Notes under the pieces: generated by a model
Databases searched by the model: none
Told to the model about the DNA's origin: nothing
What the model saw: the letters and a program-made list of their open reading frames with translations, nothing else
In this document: positions 14,441-27,906 of the stretch, piece after piece
Layout: each line of letters begins with the position of its first letter
How positions within the stretch are numbered: position 1 is the first letter of the stretch
Program-made: the position numbers and the translations under genes
Source of the DNA: Octopus vulgaris
Lineage: Eukaryota
Assembly: GCA_951406725.2 (NCBI GenBank)
Contig: OX597814.1
Coordinates: 170,996,001 to 171,060,000, forward strand
DNA length: 64,000 nt
Reading direction: 5' to 3'

Positions 14441-14641
14441 AGACAGACACACACACACACACACACAATACATATATACGACGGGCTTCTTTCAGTTCCC
14501 GTCTACCAAATCCACTCACAAGGCTTTGGTTGGACCGACACTATAGTAGAAGACACTTGCCCAAGGTGCTACGCAGTGGGACTGAACTCAGAACCATGTG
14601 GTTGGTAAGCAAGCTACTTACCACATAGCCACTCCTGTACC
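14441..14641 (-). mobile_element. Family A SINE, 5' half
   Basis: Near-consensus reverse complement of the A head and core. Confidence 0.9.
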
Positions 14642-14696
14642 TTGTATACATATACATTCACATGCATGCTCATACACACACAAGCATGTAAAGCTA

Positions 14697-14922
14697 TTCC
14701 TATAGCATTTAAACTGGCCATATCCAGCCCAAATATTCAACCTGTTTTATGTTCAAATTGGCCAGAGCCAGCCTCTCATACCTAGTCTACAATGTCATTT
14801 TAAAAATAAACAGTTACATCACTGAAATCGCAAAGCTATGAGACAATGCATGAAAAAAAGGAAAATAATGTGAAAATATAAGCATTACGTTTGACAGAGT
14901 AATCTGAATGCAAACAGATTAA
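14697..14922 (+). mobile_element. TTAA-flanked piggyBac-like MITE, family P2
   Basis: Homologous to 20610-20828 and 31377-31599; ends ...GACAGAGTAATCTGAATGC...TTAA. Confidence 0.7.
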
Positions 14923-15944
14923 AGAGCATATGCTACTTTGCATAATACAGCAATTCCACCATGTTGATTTTTATTTTCAAATCAAATATTTAAGAACGTA
15001 GAAACACAGATCCTACAAAAGCTGATCAAAACAGAATCATTGATTAGCTTGCAGTTGAGGTTTTGAGTTGTTTTTTTTATCTAATTGCTAGGATGTGTGT
15101 GCGCGTGCTTATATACATACACAGAGATATACATACATACATGCAAACACACACACATATACACAAACATTTTGTGAATCTCGCCAGAAAGCTCAAAAAT
15201 GATAGTGTATCTGCTTTTCCAGCAAATTGGAAAGAATTTATTATGATAGGAGCATACTTTTCCACTGGCCCTTGACAGCTTTATTCGTCCTTTCTTGGGA
15301 AAGGGTTATCATCAAGCTAAGCACAACAAACAAGGAAAAGAGTGAGCATTGCCATTCCATTCCACTAGGAGAGTGTGAGTAGAGGAAGAAATTCATCTAA
15401 TCTCTTATATGTATATAGGTTACTATTTCTTCTGTTTCTCTTTGCGCTCTCTCTCACTCTCTCTCTCTGTGTTTCACCTTGCTCTTCTTCTTTCTTATCT
15501 CCCCCACCACCGCCATCGCCCTCCACTCTCACCTCCCTCACTCTCAGTCAGAAATGATAGACCACACATAACATGTTACAGCATCTAATATCAGTTATTA
15601 TTTATGAGACTTCCTTGCATGTATAGGCCAATAAGCTGACTGTCAATTTCAGATTGAGCCATCATCATGTGACTGTTTTCTTGGTGACTGGACAAGGAGA
15701 AAAGAAAAGAAAAAAAGAAGAAAAGAAAAGAAAAAAAAAGCAAAAACAGGAAAAGCCAATGGAGTAAATCAAATCCACTCATTGATATAAGCAAAAAAAA
15801 AAAAAAAAAAAAGAAAAGAAAAGTAGAAAAATATTTGGAGGAGAGAAGGAACATTTCTATTTCTATGTAATGTTTTTAAACAGTTATATTCTAGCACATT
15901 GAGGAAAAACGTGATTTTGAGCAGGATTTTATTTCTTGAATCTT

Positions 15945-16601
15945 CTATCTTTTACTTGTTTCAGTCATTGGACTGCAGCCATGCTGAGGTACTGTCATGA
16001 AGAATTTAGTAGAACAAATCGACCCCAGTACTTATTTCTAAGTCTGGTAATGATTCTATCGGCTTTGTTTGCCAAACTGCCAAGTTACAAGGACAGTGTG
16101 ATGAGGCCAGACAAAAGGCCACACACACACACACATATATATATATATAGACAAACATATATACACAGCTTCCAGTTTCCATTTATCATACTCACAGAAC
16201 ATTGGTTAGCCCCGGGCATGGCTACGTGGTTCAGAAGCTTGCTTTGCAACCATGTAGTTTTGGGTTCAGTCCCACTGCATGATACCTTGGGTAAGAGTTT
16301 TTTTTTTTACGATACCCCTAGGCCAATGAATGACTTATGAGTGAATTTAATAGATGGAAACTACATAGAATCCTATCACATATATTCATGTGTGTGTCCT
16401 TGCATCTGTCTCCACCCATCACTTGACAACTGGTACTGGTTTATATGTCCTGTTGGCAGCTTGTCAAAGAAACCGATGGTGTAAGCACCAGACAGACTTA
16501 AAACAGCAAGTACTGGGAGTGATTCCTTCAGCTGAAACCCCTTCAAGGTGGAGCCCTAGCACAAGCACAGCCCATTGACTGAAACGAGTAAAAGATAAAA
16601 G
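15945..16601. mobile_element. Two adjacent family A SINE remnants in opposite orientation
   Basis: Minus-strand 3' part at 15945-16205; plus-strand degenerate copy at 16213-16601. Confidence 0.75.
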
Positions 16602-17934
16602 ATGGTTGCAGTAGGAGTGCCTTTCCTAATAGGTCAACTCAACCAAGATTGTCTTTGATCTGAACATCAATATAATTGATGAGAATTCATATCATAGATA
16701 TGACATGAAGTTTACAGATTATAAACATTTGACTTAGCATAGCAATAGGATTAGATTACTCATTCAAGGTTCAATTCCTGACATAATGATACAATAATCT
16801 ATTTAGGATACAAACATCACAGGGAAAGCTATTTTGATCCCCCGATTTTTTTTTTTTTTGCTTGTATTGAAAAAAGGAAAAAATATTATTATTATAATTA
16901 TTATTATTTAAATCACAATTTGGGGACAAAAGCATTGTTCACCGCAAATTTTCAGCAGATAATTGGTTCACTGCATTGCTGATAGCAAGAGTAACAGGTT
17001 TGTTTTTTCTCTCCTGCAGTTTAACTTAGTGGAACAAACAGTAAACAAGGGTATATTTTCTATTCAGAAACAGCATATTTTCTACAGCTGGATGCCTTTC
17101 CTGTTGCCAACTCACAACTATTTCCAAATAAGGTGATACTCCCACATAGCTTAGCTGGAAATGTTTACATAGATAAATGATGTCAAGACAAGGAGACATG
17201 AACTATCCCACTTGCACAAGCACACACACACACACACAAGGGGCTTCTTTTAGTTTCCATCTATCAAATCCACACACAAGGTTTAGGTTGACCCAGAGTA
17301 ACAGAAAAAGAAATTAGTCCCAAGAAACCCTGCAGAGGAACTGAACCTGGGACTATGTGCTTAGGAAGCAAGCTTCTTAACAACACCAGTGAGATATATA
17401 CATACATTTCCTGTGTGTGTGTGTCTGTGGACACATGCACACAAATACATGATCACAAATGATGAGCTGCCATATAATTTGTTTCTCACAAATGAATCTG
17501 AGGGTATGGCAAAGGAAATTTCTCCAAGAAGCAATGCAATGGAATGAAACTAATAATCATATAGCTGTAAGGCCAACTTAGGTGTCTAAGAATCATATAA
17601 CTAAACAGTATAAACTAGAGATAACTACTGTCTCTTCCTTAAAAAGTCTTTTGAAAGTTGGTGGGTAATTAGAACACATTTGGTACACTGGTAACCAGTC
17701 AAATATTTTTAAGGCTACACAAATGAAAACATGTTATATAAGACACAGAAATAAATGCAATCATGTTGTATCAGACAAAGTGGACTAGGTAATGACTACA
17801 GCTAGGATACAATCCAGATTTCTTTCCGTGTTGCTGGTATTTACCATAGCTTTAGTTAGAAGTCACCATCTAAGTCATCATTTACATCTATTCTTGTTCT
17901 GAACAATCCTACCCGTGTTTATATCACCATCAGT

Positions 17935-18495
17935 CATATGGTTCCAGGTTCAATCCCACTGCATAGCAACAAGTGTCTTCTGCTATAGCCTTGGGCCAAC
18001 CAAAGCCTTGCGAGTAGACTTAGCAAACAGAAACTGAAAGAAACCTGTCACACATACATAAACATGTGTATGTGTGATGTATATATGGGTGTATATGTAT
18101 TCTTTTATTTGTTTCAGTCATTTGACTGCGGCCATGCTGGAGCACCGCCTTTAGTCAAACAAATTGACCCCAGCACTTATTCTTTGCAAGCCTAGTACTT
18201 TGTTCTGTCGGTCTCTTATGCTGAACCGGTAAGTTATGGACACGTAAACACACCAACATCACTTGTCAAGCAATGATGCGGTGGAAGGGACAAACACAGA
18301 CACACAAGCACATATATATATATATATATATATACTACAGGCTTCTTTCAGTTTCTGTCTACCAAATCTACTCACAAGGCTTTGGTTGACTCAAGGCTAT
18401 AGTAGAAGACACTTGTCCAAGGTGCTATGCAGTGGTACTGAACCTATGTAGTTGGTGAGCAAGCTACTTACCACACAGTCACTCCTGCACCTATA

Positions 18496-18531
<36 letters not shown>

Positions 18532-18780
18532 TGTCTCCTTGCCTTCACATCACATGAATGTTGTAAATGAATGCCACCGTTAAGCAAACTGTGTCCATCC
18601 GTCATTCCAAATCTTTCATGGAAACGTGTGGTTACAGGAAAATACTATCTTACTTGGAAACAAGTGAGGGTTTGTGACAAGATGGGCATCTGGCAACAGA
18701 AAATCTGCCTCAACAAATTCCATGTGACCCATGCAAGTATGATGAGGTGATGCTAAATGATGGTGATCCTTATCATCATC
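17935..18780 (+). mobile_element. Family D SINE interrupted by an inverted family A SINE
   Basis: A-type head 17935-18050 (+), then (TG)n, and a D tail 18530-18780 ending near GATGCTAAATGATGGTGAT. Confidence 0.7.
18101..18491 (-). mobile_element. Full-length family A SINE nested in the D copy
   Basis: Complete reverse-complement A copy flanked by TATATGTAT on both sides (18092-18100 and 18492-18500), a probable TSD in microsatellite context. Confidence 0.9.
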
Positions 18781-20609
18781 ATCACAGAATTTTCCATCAG
18801 TTCTTCCATACAGGCATAAACTGGATATTATCCACAAACACACACATTACAATACTAAACAGCTGATTACCAAACATGTCTCTCTCTCTCTCTCTCTTAA
18901 GAGTGGTTGATTGAGAATTACATTATAGTTTCAAAGTTTAAATAACATTCAAACTAGTAGAGACAGGAGCTGTAAATATATACACTAAACACTCACTATT
19001 CATGGTAGAATAGTACATTTTTTTATTTTTCAAAATATCGAAAAGTATTAAAAACTAATGGATTTGAATAATAAAGATATCGAATTTCAATTTGATAAAA
19101 AGAAATTTCACATTTTTTTCTTTTTTTGTAATTGTTTTTTACTTAACTATTTTTTTTCTATTTTAATTTTCCTTGTTGCAATCACAATTAATATAAAAGA
19201 ACCTTTGACTAATGCTTTCATTAGTAAATGCATTTTTAGTTTTTTAAGAAAAGGAATGAAGTTTTATCAAATTGGAGAAAACAAAGATAAAGAGAATCTC
19301 TTTTTTTTTTCTTTTTTTTTTTTTTTAAATCAAGACAAACATACAAATCTCTCCCACAAATCGCTCCCACCAAGTCCCACTCCACTTCTCATTCGAGCTA
19401 ATTAGATATCGTTATCACTGAAAAATGGGATGCATTGCTATAATCGGAGCTTTAAAAGTTTGTGAGGTGGGTGGGTGGGAGGGAGGAACGAGAAAGTGGG
19501 AGAAGGTAGAAATATACCTGAATGGCATTAACTGATAAAGCATTAGTTCATCAAAATATGTTTGCCCTGCTTGAAATATACAAATGAGAATATGAGAGAG
19601 AAAGAGAGAGAGAGAGAGAGGGGGGTGTATGATGGAAGGGAAAAAATTTACATGAATAAAATTTAGAGACTAATTCTGAAAACTGCTGCTTGCCAAGAGT
19701 TTGAGGAGTAAATCTTCGAGAGATAAAAGCAAACTGAGTCGAAAAAGCTACTTGTGACTGAGTAAACTATAAAAGCTAAAACTTTCGCCAAGATTTTGAT
19801 CAATATTTTATTTAAACAGAACATTTCTCTTTTTCCTTTTTTTTTTCTCTTTCTTTTTAAAAGAAACACACAGCAAAAAGGGTTGTTAAAAAAAATTGCA
19901 ACGACGACGATGAGGATGGAGGAGGAGGAGGAAGAGGAGGATAATAATGTGTTAACTGTACAGCACTATAAAAGTATTGAAAAATGGAAAAATCTTTTGA
20001 TTGATACGATTAGCACAGCTATGTTAAAACGAAGTTAAAACATAGAAAATAAACTTTATATGTTAACAAATAAATTAAATGTTGTTTACGGTTTTTTTTT
20101 TATTCTCATTTTTTTTTTCCTTAAATATTTTCTTTACATTTATTGCATTTTTATTTTACTATAAAGGTTTTGCATCATTGAAGGATTTTAAATCTACTTT
20201 AGCAGACAAAACTGTCAACAGAAGATTATCTTGCAAAACAGAAAACAGATTTGGTGTGTTTTTGTTTACTTTTTTTTTAAATATTACTTCTTTTATATAT
20301 CTTTTCTTTCTTTTTCTGTAGATGGTAAGAATTCCATGCATCACTATAAGGTTTTAAAATTCTTTCTTTGAAAGTTATATATTGTATGAAATGCAATTGT
20401 TAAATATTTATTGTTTTTATATATTTTCATCCTATTTCTCTTACCTGCTTGTTGTAAATTACAGAAAATTAAGTTGAAATCTTTGAAGTAGTACAACTAA
20501 CTTAAAAAAAAAAAACATCATGTGTGCACTTATGCTACATCTAATGAGTTTCTATTTAAACTTTTGAATTCAAGGCAAACAAGTAAAATATCATTAAGAT
20601 GCTAGTAAA

Positions 20610-20828
20610 TAACCCTTTTGCATTTAAACTGTGACCTTATCCAGCACAAATATTCTACCTGCTTTACATTTAAACTGGCCGCATCCAGCCTCTTACACCA
20701 ACCTTACAATGCTGTTCTAAAAATAAACAATCACATCATCAAAATCTGGGAGCTACAAGATAATACATGATAAATTCAAAACAATGTGAATCAGTCATTT
20801 GACAGTAACCTGAATGCTAAAGAGTTAA
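20610..20828 (+). mobile_element. TTAA-flanked piggyBac-like MITE, family P2
   Basis: TIRs TAACCCTTTTGCATT / AATGCTAAAGAGTTAA. A TTAA-CCC terminus is the piggyBac signature. Confidence 0.8.
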
Positions 20829-22276
20829 ATTGACTTCACTGTTTAAATGCAAAAGGGTTATTTACTAGCATCTGTAATTTTCCAAATTTGGATTTAAATA
20901 TAGCTGAAATAAATTTTAATCTGTATTATAAAGGTTCATCATCATCATTTGACATCCATTTTCCATGCTGGCATCGGTTGGATTGTTTGAAAGGATCTAG
21001 CAAACTACAGGACCTCGATGAGCACCAGTGTCAGCTTTGGCATGGTTTCTATGGCTGGATGCCCTTCCAAACACCAACAACTTTACAATTCTTTTTTTTA
21101 TGCCACTGGCACAAATGAAGTGGCTAATTAACTTGAGAGAGAGATGGAGAGAGAGAGCAAAAAAAAAAGAAGGAAAAAAGAAAATTTTTACACAAAAAGT
21201 TCTATATAAACTAATTACTAATTTTGTTGATAATTTTCAAATGTCTTTGGGAAACACTGGAACATCATGTAATCTCAGTTCTTGTAGATGAAACTGGATG
21301 TTACTAATATCTACACTAAAAAATATGTTATCACATTCTTGTTCTCATCATTGTTAGCAATAGAACATGCTAAAAATGTGTTGTTGACAGCAAAACATTT
21401 TAAGAGTTCTTCCATTTATAATGGTTTCTGCTTGGATTTTACATTTTAAAGATATAAAAAGCAAAAAAATTTTGCTTTATAGTAGAAAACCAGATTAAGC
21501 ATTAATCGCATGTTTCAATGGTTCATTATTAGTAAAGACCATTAAGCAGATCTTTGTAGATTGTCAAAGAGAATTCTTCTTATTCCATTGCATTATAAGT
21601 TAATGTAAAAAAAAATGGTTCACATAGGAAGATTTGGTTAGTAAGTTTTGCTTAGTAAGAAGAAATGGAACTAATATGAAACCTTTTAATCAGACAAGAG
21701 TCCATTTATCTTACATGTTCTTTCTTTTTGTAATCAATAACAGACATCCATTTTTTTTTACTTTGTGTGTGTGTGTCTAATATATAGACAGATAAATGCA
21801 CACATAGATATCATCTCATCATTTAACATCCACCTTCCATGCTGTCAAGGGTGGGCTGGTTTGACAAGAGCTGGTGAGCTAGGGGACAGCACCAAGCCCT
21901 GCTGTCTGCTTGAGCATAATTTCTTTGGCTGGATGTCCCTTCTAATGCCAACTACTTTACAGATTGTACTGGGGGGCCTTTTACTTGGCATGAGCATTAT
22001 ATATCAAGACTCTGTGGCAAAGAGAGAAACTGTGCATTAGTCTGTTTGATGATTGGAATAAATCTGCCATCTACTTTAAAACCCACCACCAGGTACTTGG
22101 TTGCTTTTAACGAAGTCCCATTTTGCTATGAGCATTTCAGGCCATGTGGTTTTTGGTTGGCGAAATGGAAAATAACCAATACATGCACACTGTTAGGTAG
22201 GTAAGAGTGTTTCCCAGTGTTAGCCAGGTATAGTGAGATAAAACGAGGTACAATAAGACAGTCACCTGTATCTATA

Positions 22277-22510
22277 TATATTTCTTTACTGCCCACAAGG
22301 GCTACACACAGAGGGCACAAACAAGGACAGACAAACGGATTAAGTCGATTACATCGACCCCAGTGTGTAACTGGTACTTAATTTATCGACCCCGAAAGGA
22401 GGAAAGGCAAAGTCGACCTCGGTGGAATTTGAACTCAGAATGCAACAGCGGACGAAATACTACAAAGCATTTCACCCGGTGTGCTAACATTTCTGCCAGC
22501 TCGCCGCCTT
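22277..22510 (-). mobile_element. Full-length young family B SINE (tail B2) with 13-bp TSD
   Basis: TSD ACCTGTATCTATA at 22264-22276 and 22511-22523. On the minus strand the head reads AAGGCGGCGAGCTGGCAGAA and the B-box GAGTTCAAATTCC. Confidence 0.95.
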
Positions 22511-24604
22511 ACCTGTATCTATACAGCAGTGAGATTTATACAATGACAGTAGAGTTGTGGGTCTAAACAAGAAGAGGTGGTAACAGCAGTATTTGAACTC
22601 CTGACTGCATGTTCAATAATGATTCAGTATCCTAAACTGCCAAGCAATTGTACCTCAAATTCATATGGGACAAATAAAATGGAAAAGGAAATAAATCAAT
22701 AAATAAGATGTCAAAGACGTGTGGCTATTTGTTGCTCTGCCAGAGGAGGGGAATAAGATAGAGATAAAGACAGCAGACAACAAGTAGCAAATGCCAATAA
22801 CAAGTCAACTAGAGAGAGAGGGGGGAATACAGAGAGAGAGAGAGAGAGAAGAGGGGTGAGATAGAGAGACAACATTACACAGAAACACACTTGAAAAAGA
22901 TGCATGTTGACATGTCTGACCTATGCAAAAATGGTAATATTGATACTAAACGATGTTTTGCTGTGTGTTTCACCAAATATTACATTAAGACAACATTGAA
23001 ATTGAACTGGAAATTATTCAAATAGTCGAAAGAAGATAATAAAAAATAAGCAAAAATCACACACAAGAAAAATGATAATAAGCAGTAAATAAAAATCAAA
23101 GCAATTTTATCATTACTAATTCTAACAAAACAGCAACAAAAAAACGAAATAAAATAAAATAAAGAGACAGAGAGTGAGAAAGAGAGATTCAGAGAGAGAG
23201 AGAGAGATTGCAAGAAACAGCTATTTTCTATTCAAAAGATACCAACTGAACAAACAATCAATATATATAATAGATGCTAAGAGAAGAATGTTTTTGCTAA
23301 ATTACATTTATTACCATCTCATTTCTGTCAATGAACATGATTAGGGGGGAAAAGAGAGGGGAAAAAAAACAAATGACAGAACATTTCTAAGATTTCCGCA
23401 GCAAAGAAAATAGTAAATTGGATTTTATTTTTATATTAAAAAATTACAAGTGTGTGTGTGTGTGTGTAAAAGGGTGGTGGGGTGTTGAAGGAGAACTTAG
23501 AAATCTATTTCACCCAGACTAGAACTTGACCAGCTATTTGGATTTCTGTGACACAGTGCCTGGTTTTATATACATGTATCTTTGTCATCATCATGGTTTC
23601 AATGTCCACTTTTCTATGCTTGTATGGATGGATGGAGTTTATTGAAACTGAGGCAGATTTTCCTGTGGCTGCATGCCCTTCCTTTCGCCAAATTTCACCT
23701 GTTTCCAAACGTTTTTCACAGAATATTGGAAATATATGACAACGATGCTTATTTATGAGTCACATAATGCCAAGACAAAGAGACACAAATGCATACACAC
23801 ATATATAAACATACACATATATGGCAGGCAGCTTTTTGTTTTTATCTACCAAATCCATTGACAAGGTTTTGGTTGATCTAGGGTAGTAGAAGACAAATAC
23901 ACAAGATATGACACAGTGGGGAGTGAACATGAGACCATGTGATTGGAAAACAAAAAGCACTGTGTAATGCATACATGTATGTCTGTGTGTCTACATGTTA
24001 ATACACCATGCCATCAATATGTACCACTTAAGTGAAAGACAACGACATGGTTTTCTTCCTCCAGTGAACAAATGCTCAAGGTTCAGCAGATGAGTGGGGG
24101 TAGTTGGAATAAAAATAAAACACATTGCTTGTAAAAAAGAAGGACCAGTAATGGAAAGAGCATACAGCCCTATCTAATCCATGTCAGTATGGACAAATGT
24201 AAAGATGATGATTACAATTGTATTTATCTTGGATTTTAGAATTGATACATCATATGATATCAAAGGGTTGATGCCAAGATGGGCATCTGGTCATAAAAAT
24301 TTCTTTAAAAACCCCTTTTTAATGTATGACATATTATTGATATGATGAGGATGATTCAGGTCATTTATCATAACTGAGTGCATTTTACTATGCCAGCAGC
24401 ATAGGGAGTCTGTGTCATACACTAAGTCTAATGATTATCCACTGTCTTGTATCGGTTCTCATTTCTAGGTGTTGCCCCATTAGGTGGGTAACCAGGAGAC
24501 ATTGCTTACAAAGCCCATGTCTCAATCATACATTTTATTTTGAGAGGCTCTCTACAGATAGATGCTATGTCAGCTTACTTCTGTCTTGTTTTCTTTCTGT
24601 CTCT

Positions 24605-25090
24605 GCTATGTGGTTAAGAGGCTTGCTTTGTAATCACATGGCTTCAGGTTCAGTCCCACTATGTGGTACGGTGGGCAAGTTTTTCTTACGATTGGCTCAA
24701 GCCAACCTTGTGCATGAATTTGGTAGGTAGAAACTACATGGAAGCCTGTTGTATATTTTTGTGTGTGAGCATGTTTCTGTGGGTGCATGCATGCTTGAGT
24801 AATTTCGTATTTGTGGCCCCACACCATTTGAAAAGCATTTTATTTCATCTTTTATTTCATCTAGTTTCAGCTCACGAGCTATGGCCATGCTGGGGCACCA
24901 CCATTGTTTATGTTTCCATAACTTAGCAGTTCAGTAAAAAGAGCCAATATAATAAGTACTAGACTAAAAAATACTGAGAGTAAAAAACATTTTTTAAAAT
25001 AAAAAACCTACTGATTTGTTCAACTAAACACTTCAAGGTGGTGCCACAGCATGGCCACAGTCCAACAACTAAAAACAAGCAGAGGATAAA
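24605..25090 (+). mobile_element. Degenerate family A SINE with an inverted A-tail fragment inside (about 24845-24903)
   Basis: Head, core and tail motifs are recognisable. The internal TTTCAGCTCACGAGCTATGGCCATGCTGGGGCACCACC is the reverse complement of the A tail. Confidence 0.7.
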
Positions 25091-25863
25091 AGATATTCTC
25101 AGCTATGGTTGTTGTTTCACTTTTGAAAAATGTGGAGTGAGTGGGGAAGGGAGACGCACAAGCTCATTTAGATTTCAATTTCTGCAAACTGGAATAAGCA
25201 TTAAATCGGAGTTAATTGACAAACAACTACAAGCATAACACTTTTTCACTTTATCATCAATTAAAACAACCAATCGACTGGCTGGTAGGAACGTTAATGG
25301 ACAAGATAGGTAAGTAAGCGATGACAATCAATATTTGCAGTATTAAGTCGCCTGGAACAAATCAAACATATACATAATGCCATAACAGTCAGTGAAATTT
25401 GAACAGAATTTCAATAAGATGCAAAAGAGACCATAGAGAACAATAGATTTGTGTGTGAACTATCCAATAAGTTTGATAAATAAGTTGCCTGAAATATCTA
25501 ATTGATAGTTAGAGAACAAGGATATTAAATGGAGAGATGATAAATTATCATTAAATAAACCTACAATGATGGAATCTCTGTGTGGTTACTAGAACTGCAA
25601 GAAATAGCAGCTATGTCATATGCACCCTAACGTATATGATACTGTGGTCTTGTTAAATTATCTGTGTTGGGGTGGAGCAAGTTGGTTTTGACTGGTTCAC
25701 CTTGTATTAAAGATATTCCTAATCAAGGTTGACTCAATCAGTACTAAACAATAAACATACATGTAAATTGCAGTCCAATGAGAGATCCTTTATACGATCA
25801 CCTGAGCTGCTAAAAATAAACAACAAAAATCCATCCTGTCATTTCAAAGAAGAAAAAAACAGT

Positions 25864-26267
25864 GGCGCAGGAGTGGCTGTGTGGTAAGTAGCTTGTTTAC
25901 CAACCACACGGTTCCGGGTTCAGTCCCACTGCATGGCACCTTGGGCAAGTGTCTTCTACTATAGCTTCGGGCCGACCAAAGCCTTGTGAGTGGATTTGGT
26001 AGACGGAAACTGAAAGAAACCCGTCGTATATATGTATATATATGTGTGTGTGCGTGTATGTTTGTATGTCTGTGTTTGTCCCCCCCCCCCAACATCGCTT
26101 GACAACCGATGCTGGTGTGTTTACGTCCCCATCACTTAGCGGTTCGGCAAAAGAGACCTACAGAATAAGTACTGGGCTTATAAAGAATAAGTCCCGGGGT
26201 CGAGTTGCTCGATTAAAGGCGGTGCTCCAGCATGGCCGCAGTCAAATGACTGAAACAAGTAAAAGAG
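25864..26267 (+). mobile_element. Full-length family A SINE
   Basis: Near-identical to the 9499 copy. Confidence 0.93.
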
Positions 26268-27483
26268 AACGAGAGAAAGAGAGTGAACGCAATGTCGGAT
26301 AATGTCTGCAGCATATCAAAAAAAATAATTGTAGATGGAATACCTTTGAATACCTTTAATCAGAAGTGACAGTCAGTTCAAGTTTAAGAGAAACAGATGA
26401 TTTTAAACAAAAATACTAAAATATTTGTTGCTGTTGTTGTTGCTTAAGCTCCAGCTGTGCCCATCGTTTGTCTTTAGGGTAGATGTAGACCACTACCTGG
26501 GTCTTTAATTTGCTAGAAATAGAAACCAAATTTTTCTTCAGATTGCACTCCACTGTCTATGTAAGGAAAACTGCCATGGGGATTCATTGATATGCCATAT
26601 AAACAGCAGCCAAAGTATTCGTCAAATCACATCCTTATATCTTTATTGATTCGTATAGACAAAAGGAATTGCGATACGAGGATAAAATTTCACTATTTGT
26701 AGTAGGTTAGGCAACCACAGAGAGAGGGAGAGAGAGACAGAAACAGAGAGAGAGAGAGAGACAGAAACAGAGAGAGAGAGACAGAGAGAGAGATGCTCTT
26801 ACTGGACTTCCAAGTATTATTCTTAACACGCAGAAAGGGAGCTGAACAAAACAAAAGCAAATAAAACAACAAAACAAAAAAAAAAGAGATAAAAACAAAA
26901 CGAAAACAAACGCCAAATTTCATCAAAGAGTTCCTTGAACATACAAAGCCACTGAAGTATTTACTCCGATTCTCTAATAACACTATGAATATTGTATTGC
27001 CTGCCAATTAACAATAGAAGCTGTGTTATATCCAAAGTTATTAAACAAATGTGGCACATTAATATTCAATAGTTTACTGAAAGCCATATTAAACAGCAAT
27101 ACACTGTTAATTAGTAAGTGTTTATGTCTTCAAATATTATTAACCTTTATGTTCAGCGCCATAAACACACGCTGACAGTTACTGCATTACGGCTGATGCA
27201 TCATAAAAGCATATTATCCACAAAATGCTGCTGCACTTCTAGCTGACAAACTAGACTTGTAATAATATTCCAACCGTCTAACCATTTTATTACCATACAT
27301 ACAGTCTTGTTATTAGCCATGAAAAATTCTAAGAGTCAACTGCGCGTGTGTGTGTGTGTGTGTGTGCGTAGAAACTTCCTCCTTTATATGGGAAATTTTA
27401 AATAATGTTAGCACAAGCATACACATTTTCTCTCTCTCTCTCTCTCTCTCTCACACATGTTTTCACACTCACATATACATATG

Positions 27484-27517
<34 letters not shown>

Positions 27518-27551
27518 TACATACGTACGTACATACATACATATCGATATC

Positions 27552-27906
27552 GAAATCGAATTGAACCAGCCAGGATCCCTGGTCTGGTGGTACGTAAAAA
27601 GCACTATCCGACTCGTGGCCGATGCCAGCGCCGCCTCGACTGGCTTCCGTGCCGGTGGCACATAAAATACACCAATCCGACCGTGGCCGTTGCCAGCCTC
27701 GCCTGGCACCTGTGCAGGTGGCACGTAAAAAGCACCCACTACACTCACGGAGTGGTTGGCGTTAGGAAGGGCATCCAGCTCTAGAAACATTGCCAGATAA
27801 GACTGGAGCCTGGTGCAGCCTTCTGGCTTCCCAGATCCCCGGTCGAACCGTCCAACCCATGCTAGCATGGAGAACGGACGTTAAACGATGATGATGATGA
27901 TGATGA
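27552..27906 (+). mobile_element. GC-rich retroposon, family C, with about 62-bp internal tandem subrepeats and a (GAT)n tail
   Basis: Subrepeat GTGGCCG.TGCCAGC...CTGGC...GTGCCGGTGGCACGTAAAAAGCAC; conserved GGCGTTAGGAAGGGCATCCAGCT; end CCAACCCATGCTAGCATGGA.AACGGACGTTAAACGATGATGATG. Confidence 0.85.

Noticed and set aside
16998-17056. Plus-strand exon after TTTTTTCTCTCCTGCAG
   Set aside because: Good acceptor but only weak donors and no recognisable peptide; such sites are common by chance here.
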